A stretch of DNA of 64,000 bases from an uncultured Bacteroidota bacterium (GTDB taxonomy: Bacteria; Bacteroidota; Ignavibacteria; UBA10030; UBA6906): NCBI GenBank assembly GCA_963700635.1, contig CAVOYH010000003.1, positions 128,001 through 192,000 of the forward strand, written 5' to 3'. The notes beneath the pieces were generated by a model. It ran no database searches. It saw only the letters and a program-made list of their open reading frames with translations, and was not told the DNA's origin. Position 1 is the stretch's first letter. Every line of letters starts with the position of its first letter. Of the stretch, positions 1 to 8,926 are shown piece by piece. Position numbers and translations under genes: made by a program.

Positions 1-1178
1 TTGTCATTGGAATGCCCGTGGAAGTGCACGATCAGATTCACGCCGTCCGGACCCGGCTTCAGGCCGTCGGGAACAAAAACCACGATACTACTGTCGCTGT
101 AATGCGGGAAGAGCGGATACCGCGTGCTATCGTTGCGGACCATACCCCGGGCCCGGTCGGGATGCGGAAATGGCGCCGCGGGGGAACGCCAGATTCCCCA
201 CTTGCCGCCGGGAATGACATTCCAGTCGACGTGTGCGGTGTGTGCGGTGCCGGCCGTGTATCCCGTCATCCCGGTGAAGTGGTTCCAGATGGCACGGGCG
301 ACATGCGCGGCAAGCAGAACGGCCCCGTTATTTCCCCCGTCCCCGTGATCCGGATGCTTGTCGACCAGAATCGCGACAGCCATGTCGAGTTTGTCGGAAA
401 GCACCAGCCCGGCGTCGGTCTTTGTCTCCTGCACCCCGCCGGTCTTGTGTGCCACCGCAAACGCGGCGCACTCCTGTGCGGGCAGGAAGCGCGGGATCAT
501 GGTATTGTACATCTGATCTTTCAGGATGCCGAGCATCTCCCCCGATGCCTGTTCGCTGACAAGCGATTTTCTGTACAGGGCCTCTGAAAGGGTGACCATA
601 TCTTCCGGCGTGGTTACGCCGATCCCGTAGCGTATACCTTCCGGCGTCCGCTGTTTGGTGTCCCAGGAATAGAGCCTGTTTAATAACCGTGTGTTCTTGA
701 GACCAACCGTTTTCACAAAATCATTCACATAGGCGAGACGTTCACTGTGGCTCTCCGCCAGCCGGTCAAGGACGAGATTAGTAGCCGTGTTGTCGCTCAG
801 GATGATCATCAGCCGCACAACATCCCGGAGAGAAAGAGTCGCTCCCTCATCCAGCCCCTGAAGAATCCCCGAACCGGTTTTTTTGTCTGCGGCCGTGAGT
901 CTGATGCTCATGTCGGGTTTCACGCGTCCTTCAGCGACGGCCTGGAAGTACGCCGCCATCACAGGGTATTTGATCAGACTTGCCGTGGGAAAACGTTCCT
1001 CGGCATTATACCGGACCGTTTCACCGGTCCGGAGGTTTTTCGCCATAACGCCAAGGTGGCCTCCGTACTGACCTTCGAGGCGCTGTATCTCGGCAATCAC
1101 GGATGCTGAATCCGAACCTGCTGCGGCGATTGAGGCCATAGAGACTATCGTCAAGAGGAGTACCAGGAACCGGGACAT
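1..1178 (-). CDS. Secreted class A beta-lactamase-fold serine hydrolase fused to a second C-terminal domain (probably alpha/beta-hydrolase-like); runs off the left edge
   Basis: Not in the ORF track because it has no stop in the window. Translated by hand from ATG 1178: MSRFLVLLLTIVSMASIAAAG (signal peptide)...FPTASLIK (SxxK)...LSDNTATN (SDN)...AHKTGG (KTG), then ...SIVVFVPDG...VNLIVHFHGHSND at the edge. Confidence 0.85.
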   Translation of the reverse strand, partial: MSRFLVLLLTIVSMASIAAAGSDSASVIAEIQRLEGQYGGHLGVMAKNLRTGETVRYNAEERFPTASLIKYPVMAAYFQAVAEGRVKPDMSIRLTAADKKTGSGILQGLDEGATLSLRDVVRLMIILSDNTATNLVLDRLAESHSERLAYVNDFVKTVGLKNTRLLNRLYSWDTKQRTPEGIRYGIGVTTPEDMVTLSEALYRKSLVSEQASGEMLGILKDQMYNTMIPRFLPAQECAAFAVAHKTGGVQETKTDAGLVLSDKLDMAVAILVDKHPDHGDGGNNGAVLLAAHVARAIWNHFTGMTGYTAGTAHTAHVDWNVIPGGKWGIWRSPAAPFPHPDRARGMVRNDSTRYPLFPHYSDSSIVVFVPDGLKPGPDGVNLIVHFHGHSND

Positions 1179-1248
1179 AACGAACAACTCTTTTGTTGGA
1201 GATCTTTTTACAGCCGCCACCGGCCCGTCCGGATTGCCCGCATATGTC

Positions 1249-2394
1249 TTATACCTTCAAGAACCACTTCTTCTTCCACATATACCAGACAACAACAAAC
1301 ATGGTGGTAATAAATGTGACGGCAAAGAGTAACGAGGCATTCACCGGACTCGCCAGAGGCACAAACACACTCTGATAGATCCAGACTTGTACGTTCATCT
1401 TCGTTCCATCCCCCGTGGTCCACCTGATGAGGTACATTGTCTTGGCGACCAGGCCTGAGAGCACAAACACCGTGATGGCATTCATTCCATAGATCACAAA
1501 CGGTGTGGCCCACTTCTTTACTTCTTGCACGTCGATCAGCCAGTAGAACATGGCAAGACAGACGTTTGCCCATCCTGCCATAAAAATCGCGTACGAGCTG
1601 GTCCAGAGATTCTTGTTTATCGGCAGCCACATATCGAGCACAGCGCCGAGGAGGAGCAGGACATTCCCTGCCACAAACATCCAGGCCGTTTTTTCTTCCC
1701 GCGACCGGTCCGAACGAAGCCAATGACCTGTGAGGACTCCCAAAAGTGTCGTGCCGATGGCCGGTATCGTGCTGAAGATCCCTTCCGGATCAAAGCCCGG
1801 CACCGGCGCGCCTCGCCAGGTATGCCCACCCAGCAGGTGTGAATCGATGTACCAGCAAAGATTTCCCGTCGGTTCCAGCCCCCCCGCGCCAAATCCCGGA
1901 ACGGGAATGAGCTTGATCATAAGCCAGTAGGAGACCAGAAGTCCGACGATCCAGTACACCTGGCCCTTTACATCCGTATACATAAAAATCGTGCTGGCGA
2001 TAAGGTAGCAGACGGCGATCCGCTGAAGGACGCCCGGGATTCGTATTGTCGCCCAGGAGAACTCATGCGTGGGAAGGAGTCCGAACGGAAACCCGTTGAG
2101 AAAGATTCCGAGTCCGAAGATGATTGCCGCCCGCCTGAAGACATGCAGCAGGAGTTGCGGCTTGTTGGCTCCCTCCTGAACACGGCGGGCAAACGAGAGC
2201 GTCATGGCTACCCCGACGATCCAGAGAAAGAACGGGAAGATAAAGTCTGTGAATGTCCAGCCATGCCATGCCGCATGGCGGAGCTGGGGATAGATATCGC
2301 TCCACGTGCCCGGGTTGTTTACGAGAATCATGCCGGCAATCGTTGCACCGCGGAAGGCATCAAGCGATACGAGGCGTTGCTGAGTCGAGGCCAT
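1249..2394 (-). CDS. DUF5009 / heparan-alpha-glucosaminide N-acetyltransferase (NagX/HGSNAT-like) membrane protein
   Basis: RLVSLDAFRG, LRHAAWHGWTFTDFIFPFFLWIVG, RIPGVLQRIA, FDPEG, PINKNLWTSS motifs; many TM helices; ATG 2394 follows AGGA (GTG 2412 is an alternative start). Confidence 0.9.
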   Translation of the reverse strand: MASTQQRLVSLDAFRGATIAGMILVNNPGTWSDIYPQLRHAAWHGWTFTDFIFPFFLWIVGVAMTLSFARRVQEGANKPQLLLHVFRRAAIIFGLGIFLNGFPFGLLPTHEFSWATIRIPGVLQRIAVCYLIASTIFMYTDVKGQVYWIVGLLVSYWLMIKLIPVPGFGAGGLEPTGNLCWYIDSHLLGGHTWRGAPVPGFDPEGIFSTIPAIGTTLLGVLTGHWLRSDRSREEKTAWMFVAGNVLLLLGAVLDMWLPINKNLWTSSYAIFMAGWANVCLAMFYWLIDVQEVKKWATPFVIYGMNAITVFVLSGLVAKTMYLIRWTTGDGTKMNVQVWIYQSVFVPLASPVNASLLFAVTFITTMFVVVWYMWKKKWFLKV

Positions 2395-2447
2395 TCTTTT
2401 CCTGCTGTTCACATCCGTGTATGGTGTCTTCCGGACCCGCCCGGCGC

Positions 2448-3635
2448 CTACTGAACAGGCACCACCCCGATGCCCGGACGGTCAGGCAGTGTCACTTTCC
2501 CGTCAACAATTGTCGCACCGTCAAAGATGTCGTTCTTGATGAGCACGGCGCCGTCCAGATCGGCCCACTCCGCTAGGGGTGACATCTGGGCGGCGGCTGA
2601 GATGGCACATGACGTTTCGGTCATACACCCCAGCATCACTTTCATGTCCAGCGCGCGGGCGAGGGTAATCATCTTGTACGCTTCACGCATCCCGGTGCAT
2701 TTCATCAGCTTGATGTTGATACCGTCATACACTCCCCATGCCTTCTTCACATCCGGCAGGCGTTGTACGCTTTCGTCACCGATAATCGGCAGGGGGCTCT
2801 TCTCGCGCAGCCACACGATGTCGTCGATCTGTTCTTTTGGCATCGGTTGCTCGACAAACAGAATATTTTTCTTTGCAAGCCATTCGATCATCTGTAACGC
2901 ATCCGTCTTGTCCTTCCATCCCTGGTTCACATCCACCGAGATCGGCGTGTCGGTAACTTCCCGGATGGTTTCGATCATCATCTTGTCCGTATCGCGTCCG
3001 AGTTTGACCTTGAGCACCTTGTAGATGCTCGCTTCTTCGGTCTTCTGGCGCACCACCTCTTTGGTATCAATCCCGATGGTAAACGAAGTCACCGGGGTCT
3101 TTGTTGGATCGAGCCCCCAGATGCGGTACCATGGCTGACCGATCTTCTTCCCCACCCAATCGTGGAGAGCGATATCAACGGCCGCTTTTGCCGCGGGATT
3201 TCCGGGGAGGATGAGGTCGATTGACCTCAGCACATCTTCGAGCTGGAAGGGGTCGGGAAATGCCGACAGGTCGACCATCTCAAGGAACGCGCGTGCCGAC
3301 GCCTGGCTCTCCCCGAGATAAGGGGGCATGGACGCCTCTCCATACCCCACAATCCCGTCCTTTGCCACCTGAACCATCATCGCCGGTGTGGTCGTGCGGG
3401 AACTGGTGGCGATGGTGAAGGTATGTTTGAGCTCGAGGGTGTAGGGATAAAATTCCAGTTTCATGTCATTAACCGAAAGAGTGAATGGAGATGAACCGGC
3501 ACGGGAACCGAACGTCACGGCAACACCGGCAAGAGAAAGAAATCGGAGCACGTCCCGGCGGGTCGTGCCTCCGGCCGGGACAGGGGATACGCCGCTCAGG
3601 CCCGGGAGGAAACGCTGAAGAAGTGAGTTACTCAT
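2448..3635 (-). CDS. Dipeptide epimerase (L-Ala-D/L-Glu epimerase, enolase superfamily) with a Tat-like signal
   Basis: YGEAS, AAVDIALHD, LKVKLG (KxK), DVNQGW, EQP, DES, NIKLMK, GCMTE, DLDG; N-terminus TRRDVLRFL followed by a hydrophobic stretch. Confidence 0.92.
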   Translation of the reverse strand: MSNSLLQRFLPGLSGVSPVPAGGTTRRDVLRFLSLAGVAVTFGSRAGSSPFTLSVNDMKLEFYPYTLELKHTFTIATSSRTTTPAMMVQVAKDGIVGYGEASMPPYLGESQASARAFLEMVDLSAFPDPFQLEDVLRSIDLILPGNPAAKAAVDIALHDWVGKKIGQPWYRIWGLDPTKTPVTSFTIGIDTKEVVRQKTEEASIYKVLKVKLGRDTDKMMIETIREVTDTPISVDVNQGWKDKTDALQMIEWLAKKNILFVEQPMPKEQIDDIVWLREKSPLPIIGDESVQRLPDVKKAWGVYDGINIKLMKCTGMREAYKMITLARALDMKVMLGCMTETSCAISAAAQMSPLAEWADLDGAVLIKNDIFDGATIVDGKVTLPDRPGIGVVPVQ

Positions 3636-3661
3636 GAGTATTTCCGTAGTATGGCAGGTCT

Positions 3662-4846
3662 TTAAGGTCGCCGCACTCCCACCGCCTCTCCCAGTCCGAT
3701 AATTCTTCTGGCCCGGAGGAATGTCTGTTCTCTGAACTGGCTGTAGTCGGTGTCGGCGGAAGCCAGGCTGTTGATGCGGACATCGGAGGACGCATGGATA
3801 AACCGTTTGCCTCCGAGCGAGATGGCGACATGCGTTACGCGTTCCTTCCGCTCGGGCGTGGCCCGGAAACCGAAGTACAGGAGGTCACCCGGACTGAGGT
3901 TGATCCCCCCGGTTGTGTCAACGAGTTCGCCCACGTTCACCTGCTGGCTTGCGTCGCGGGGGAGGAGGATACCATTGAGAAAAAACACGGTTTTCGTGAA
4001 CCCCGAACAATCCATCCCCTTGGCGGATGTCCCGCCCCACAGGTATGGAATCCCCATAAAACGTTTAGCCGTTGCGAGAATCGTTTCCGGTGTTTCGTGG
4101 GCCTGTTCCAGCCAATCGCCATAACGTTGCCCCATCTCCTGGGGAAGAAACGCAACACGCCCGTCGGGGTACTCCACGGTATAGTACCCGGCGGCCTGCT
4201 CCTTCAGCGCAAGGATGCTCCCGGCCACCACATCACTGACAACCTGCGATGAACGGTCTCCGGATTGTCTGGTGAACGCGATCTCGGTGGTGACAAGCAG
4301 CTTCGGTTTTGCGGACCAGACAGCGGATTGATCCGGATCCATCATCACCACGTGGTCATCGGTCCAGCCAAGATAGTCATCCGGGGTCTGGACGTAATAC
4401 CATCCGCGTTCCTTCTTAAGAATCCTGAGCGGGGTCCCGAGAAGTGCCTGTGTGCCCATCTCGGCGGCATGGTCCGGCCTCGTACGAATATTGGCGACGC
4501 TGATGCTGACGATACCGGTTGTTTTGTTTCCGAGTGCAGGGTGCGGGAGTACAAGAATGCTGTCTTCGATGGTCACTGCGGCGTGGTCTCGCACGTATGT
4601 GAGGAGTTCTTTTTTGAGTTCGGAAGAGTGAATTTCCCCCTTGAGGACGACGGTTGAGCCATGATGTTCCTGGCGCACATCAAACACCACGGTACGCCGA
4701 TCAGGTGCAAATTTCAACCGGGCCTCCTTGAGCACATCATCCATTATACTGCTCCCCTGCTCCTGAGACGAGGCTGAAGTCGGCCAGACTATGATCGCAA
4801 GAAATAGGCCACAGAGTGGCACTCTGATACATCGAAGTGCATGCAT
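3662..4846 (-). CDS. NlpC/P60 (C40) peptidase with SH3b domains; YkfC-like gamma-D-glutamyl-diamino acid endopeptidase
   Basis: Signal peptide; EMGTQALLGTP...VQTPDDYLGW (SH3b); PYLWGGTS.GMDCSG (catalytic Cys), LPRDASQQ, THVAISLG..RFIHAS; lies next to the epimerase as in ykfB-ykfC. Confidence 0.92.
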   Translation of the reverse strand: MHALRCIRVPLCGLFLAIIVWPTSASSQEQGSSIMDDVLKEARLKFAPDRRTVVFDVRQEHHGSTVVLKGEIHSSELKKELLTYVRDHAAVTIEDSILVLPHPALGNKTTGIVSISVANIRTRPDHAAEMGTQALLGTPLRILKKERGWYYVQTPDDYLGWTDDHVVMMDPDQSAVWSAKPKLLVTTEIAFTRQSGDRSSQVVSDVVAGSILALKEQAAGYYTVEYPDGRVAFLPQEMGQRYGDWLEQAHETPETILATAKRFMGIPYLWGGTSAKGMDCSGFTKTVFFLNGILLPRDASQQVNVGELVDTTGGINLSPGDLLYFGFRATPERKERVTHVAISLGGKRFIHASSDVRINSLASADTDYSQFREQTFLRARRIIGLGEAVGVRRP

Positions 4847-4917
4847 AACAATTCCTTTCAGCAGATACTGTACTCATCGTATACTACGACCCGGACCATC
4901 CATAGACCATATGCGGG

Positions 4918-7299
4918 TTATCGGAGCAACAACATCCGCTTTGTGTCCACAAACCCGCCACTCTGCATTCTGTAGAAGTACGTCCCGCTTGCCGCACGGG
5001 ACGCGTCCCAGGCGACCGTGTATGTTCCGGCGGGCATTTCGCTGTCCACGAGAGTCGTCTCCTCTCTGCCAAGCAGATCAAACACCGTGATCAGCACCCG
5101 GCCGGCATTGGGGACGGAAAAACGGATGCGCGTGGTCGGATTAAACGGATTCGGAAAGTTCTGACTCAATCCGTACGACGACGGGAGTTCGGGTTCCGCC
5201 GCGATGTCCGACACCTGTACGGTCCGGAAGCGGAACGCAGGAGACCAGGGACTTGTACCGAGTCCGCTCGTAGCACTGACCCGCCAGTTGTAAATACGAT
5301 TCAACTGCAATCCGGTCACGTCGAGTGTGGTGTCCGCTATATTTGATGAATCCAGGAGGAGCACAGAAAAATCGGCCACAATCGAAAGCTGGAACCGGTA
5401 TGACGACGCCGTGGCCGACATGTTCCAGGAAAATGTCAGCGCGAGCGGGACGTCCAGCAGCAGGTTTGCTGGTGAAACCGGGACCGGGCTGGCCGGGAAG
5501 CCGGTCGTAAACGAATGTACGGAGGAATACGAGCCTGTGCCCGCAGCGTTGGCGGCACGCACGCGCCAGTAGTAGGTTGTATGCCCATCCAGTCCGGTTA
5601 TGGCGTACGATGTATCCGTGACGGTGGAATCATCGATCGCCACGCCGGACACAAACGTCGAATCAACGGCAACCTGCAGCCGATACCCGGATGAGGGTGA
5701 TGTGGGCGACCAGGTGAAACGTGCCACATCTGCTATACCGGTACTGCCGTTTGCGGGATACACGGCAAGCGGCGGCGTCGGGGGCGCGACAAGAAGCACG
5801 TTGCTTGTATCACCCTCGTTATGATTACGGTCCAGCGCGGTGACGACGTAGTAGTAGGGACCGCCGGGAGGAGGCGCAGGCGGGATACACAGGCGTTCCC
5901 CCACCACGGAGATGATGTTGGCCGGATTGTCGAGCTCAGCCGCAGCAGGCGGGTGGTCAAAACGATACACCACATAACGGTTTGCACTATCTCCATCGGC
6001 CGCAACCAGAGGAAGGTCCCATTGTATCGCGGCCGGACCGGTCCCGCCGATCCGGGCATACCGGATGGCGCGGGGGGGATTCGGCGCCACGACGCCCTTC
6101 CAGGGCATCACGGGACTCAGGGCGATCGAGGTATAATACCTGTCTCTCAGGCTGTCAGCGAAGCCGAGAGAGTTGCTCACCAGCTGTGCCGCGCGGAAAT
6201 AGACCTCTCCATGCACTTTGGCGTTCGCGCGCGCAAGTTTTAGCTGGTTCGGGAGTTCCGGGTTCGTGTAGGTGGTCCCGAAGATGTGTCCGGGATAATA
6301 ATGCCGTGAGTGCACAGCAATAGAATCCGCCCACCACGGCATAAGCTTACTGTAGTCCTGGCTGCCTCCGATTTTCCAGTACAACTGCGGCGTGAAGTAG
6401 TCCACGGATCCATCCCGCAACCATGCAATCGCGTCGCCATAGATCGTGCCGTAGGCGTCAAGTCCGGTGATGCCGGGCGGTACGCCGTTTTTCCAGATGC
6501 CGAACGGACTCATACCAAACCGTACATACGGTTTGATGACATTGATGCTGTCCATGATCTGTTTCATCAGGAGGTTCACATTGTCGCGGCGCCAGTCGCC
6601 GATGTCAGAGAACCCGCGGTTGTATGTGGAGAAGGTGGCCGCATCCTGGTTTGTGATTGCCTGGGGCGGGTACGGATAGAAGTAGTCGTCCGCATGGACA
6701 CCGTCGACGTCGTATCTCCGCACGATATCGGCCACCACACGCGCCACGTGATTCCGCACATCCGGAATGCCGGGGTTCAGGATGTTGAGTGGACCCGTGC
6801 TGCCCGATGCTGCAAACGTGAGAATCCAATCGGGATGCTGATTGACCACATGCGTGGAGGCAAGTGTATAATTGCCAACTAGCCGTTCGGCCCGGTAGGG
6901 ATTAAACCAGGCGTGAAGTTCCATCCCCCGCTTGTGGGCCTCTTCGACGGCAAATTCCAGCGGATCCCAGAATGGGACGGGGGCCGCGCCCTGCGACCCG
7001 GTGAGCCACCTGGACCATGGTTCAAGACTCGAATTGTAGAGCGCATCACACTCCGGGCGGATCTGAAATATGATGGCGTTGAAGCCCATCCCCTTCAGCG
7101 ACTCAATAATGCCCACGAGCTGGTCCCGCTGAGCCTGGGGAGGAAGCGAAGGTGTCGGCCAGTCCAGGTTGACGACCGTCGCAACCCACGCCGCCCGGAA
7201 TTCTCGTTTGGGAGGCGGCTGAGCGGTCAGGGACACAACGAGGGAAAAAAGGAGTACCACAACGGGCAACATTCTCAGAGAGAGGGTCATGATGGGCAT
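4918..7299 (-). CDS. Glycosyl hydrolase-like family 10 (YddW/DigH-type) protein with FN3 domains and T9SS C-terminal domain
   Basis: REFRAAWVATV.NLDWP, FQIRP..DALY.S, ELHAWFNPYR, YDVDGVHADDYFYPY, DYFTPQLYW; FN3 repeats (TYYWRVRA, IYNWRVSA); LSQNFPNPFNP...KRMLLLR CTD. Confidence 0.9.
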   Translation of the reverse strand: MPIMTLSLRMLPVVVLLFSLVVSLTAQPPPKREFRAAWVATVVNLDWPTPSLPPQAQRDQLVGIIESLKGMGFNAIIFQIRPECDALYNSSLEPWSRWLTGSQGAAPVPFWDPLEFAVEEAHKRGMELHAWFNPYRAERLVGNYTLASTHVVNQHPDWILTFAASGSTGPLNILNPGIPDVRNHVARVVADIVRRYDVDGVHADDYFYPYPPQAITNQDAATFSTYNRGFSDIGDWRRDNVNLLMKQIMDSINVIKPYVRFGMSPFGIWKNGVPPGITGLDAYGTIYGDAIAWLRDGSVDYFTPQLYWKIGGSQDYSKLMPWWADSIAVHSRHYYPGHIFGTTYTNPELPNQLKLARANAKVHGEVYFRAAQLVSNSLGFADSLRDRYYTSIALSPVMPWKGVVAPNPPRAIRYARIGGTGPAAIQWDLPLVAADGDSANRYVVYRFDHPPAAAELDNPANIISVVGERLCIPPAPPPGGPYYYVVTALDRNHNEGDTSNVLLVAPPTPPLAVYPANGSTGIADVARFTWSPTSPSSGYRLQVAVDSTFVSGVAIDDSTVTDTSYAITGLDGHTTYYWRVRAANAAGTGSYSSVHSFTTGFPASPVPVSPANLLLDVPLALTFSWNMSATASSYRFQLSIVADFSVLLLDSSNIADTTLDVTGLQLNRIYNWRVSATSGLGTSPWSPAFRFRTVQVSDIAAEPELPSSYGLSQNFPNPFNPTTRIRFSVPNAGRVLITVFDLLGREETTLVDSEMPAGTYTVAWDASRAASGTYFYRMQSGGFVDTKRMLLLR

Positions 7300-7362
7300 C
7301 TTCTTCTGGACATTTCACAGACCGGATTTCAGGAACAAGGCTTCTGTAATATACGGAATCCT

Positions 7363-7408
7363 CCGTTAAAACGAGAGGCATCCGTCAGATGACCGACGGA
7401 TGCCTCTC
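7363..7408 (-). terminator. Intrinsic terminator after the 7495-8856 gene
   Basis: Perfect 14-bp inverted repeat GAGAGGCATCCGTC (7373-7386) / GACGGATGCCTCTC (7395-7408), followed on the minus strand by GTTTT. Confidence 0.75.
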
Positions 7409-7494
7409 CTTACGTCCTCCCACAAGTCCGAAAAGCACCGCTGTGTGTCGTGCGTGTGATGCGTGTCTTTCCGTCTTTGTGAGCAACAGGCAAC

Positions 7495-8856
7495 TTACTT
7501 CACGAGCATCATCTTCTTGTTCATCCGGAAGTCACCCGTCACGAGCGAATACACATAGGTGCCGGATGCCAGGTTGTTGGCATTAAACCCGATCTTGTAC
7601 GAGCCCGCATTCAGGTTCTCGCTCACAATCGAAGCAACTTCACGGCCGAGCAGGTCATACACTTTCAGCGTCGTAAAACCGGCCTTCGCGATCGCAAACT
7701 GGATTTCCGTCGTGGGGTTAAACGGATTCGGGTAGTTCTGTGAGAGCGAGAAGCCGTTGGGGATACCGTCACTCGTCGGCTGGACGCTGGTCACGATCTT
7801 CTTGTACCACCGGACACCCGGGTTGTTCCGTTCGCCAAAGACGATCACATACGCTGTGTCGCCGGAAACGCTGAAGTCGATCCCACGTGGACGTTCGTTG
7901 GCATTCCGGGGTTTGTTGAACACCCACTTCAGACTGTCAATCACTGTATTGGTGAATGTGTTGTACCCGTACCACATGGCCGTATCCCATCCGGTGATCG
8001 TGCCGGGGAAGCTGTTCGGCAGCGGTGCGTTGTAGGAACCGGAACTGACCCACAGAAGTCCGGTTTTCTTCTGCCACCCGAATGTCTCCACAACCATGCC
8101 CCTTAACAGGGTATCCGCCAGCTCATATGTTAGAGAGGTGGGATTGTAGGTGAATTTGCCCACGTAACTCGCATCGTACCCGGCATGGAATATGTCATTC
8201 CCGTCCTTTGAAACTTCAATGGCACGGGAAAAATTCTTTGCCGTGTCCAGAGCGTTGCCGATAAGCACAAGGTCTTTATCATAGATCTTGAGTGGCGTAC
8301 CCGGACCGACCGAACGCCAGTAGACATAACCCAGACTGTCGATGCCGACCGAAACGCCGGTCAGGTTCGCGCCTGTAGCAGTTGGTGCGGCCGCCTGAAC
8401 CTTCGCCAGTCCGGCTCCGGTCTTGTAGTCGATCTTGTAGAGCATGTCACGATAGGTTGCGTAGATGTTCCCATCGGGACCGGTGCGCAGTCCGGCGCCG
8501 GCTTTTGCAGTCCATGCCCCAGCGGCGGTGGTGAACCCTCCGAGCGTGTCAGTCGTGGCGCCGACCGTGACAAACCTGATCGGAGAAAACGCAGCCTGTT
8601 GTCCATTCGGAAGATGAACGTACAGAACACGGATGGCAACAACCTTGTTCTGGTCTGACCCGACATACATGCTGTCCCGTGTGTAGGTGGAATAATTCTG
8701 AATCCACACTTTACCGTCCGGGTCCACGGCAATGCCGTGCACGTAGGAATCGTGGATCGAATCCGGCGGGAAGACTCCCATGTGCTGCCACTGCGCGGAA
8801 GCCGTGCCGGATACGAGCACGATTGCAAGCAGTGTAACAGTAACGATTGCCTTCAT
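7495..8856 (-). CDS. T9SS cargo protein, probable beta-propeller, function unknown
   Basis: AAGGAG upstream of ATG 8856; signal peptide ending ASA-Q; propeller-like blades (HGIAVDPDGKVWI, PRGIDFSVSGDTAYV); LSQNYPNPFNP...KKMMLVK CTD. Confidence 0.8.
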   Translation of the reverse strand: MKAIVTVTLLAIVLVSGTASAQWQHMGVFPPDSIHDSYVHGIAVDPDGKVWIQNYSTYTRDSMYVGSDQNKVVAIRVLYVHLPNGQQAAFSPIRFVTVGATTDTLGGFTTAAGAWTAKAGAGLRTGPDGNIYATYRDMLYKIDYKTGAGLAKVQAAAPTATGANLTGVSVGIDSLGYVYWRSVGPGTPLKIYDKDLVLIGNALDTAKNFSRAIEVSKDGNDIFHAGYDASYVGKFTYNPTSLTYELADTLLRGMVVETFGWQKKTGLLWVSSGSYNAPLPNSFPGTITGWDTAMWYGYNTFTNTVIDSLKWVFNKPRNANERPRGIDFSVSGDTAYVIVFGERNNPGVRWYKKIVTSVQPTSDGIPNGFSLSQNYPNPFNPTTEIQFAIAKAGFTTLKVYDLLGREVASIVSENLNAGSYKIGFNANNLASGTYVYSLVTGDFRMNKKMMLVK

Positions 8857-8926
8857 GATGCACTCCTTAAGTAGTGAGATGGTGGTGTGATTGATGAATC
8901 GTATCATGGCATGGTGCAAGCCATCC

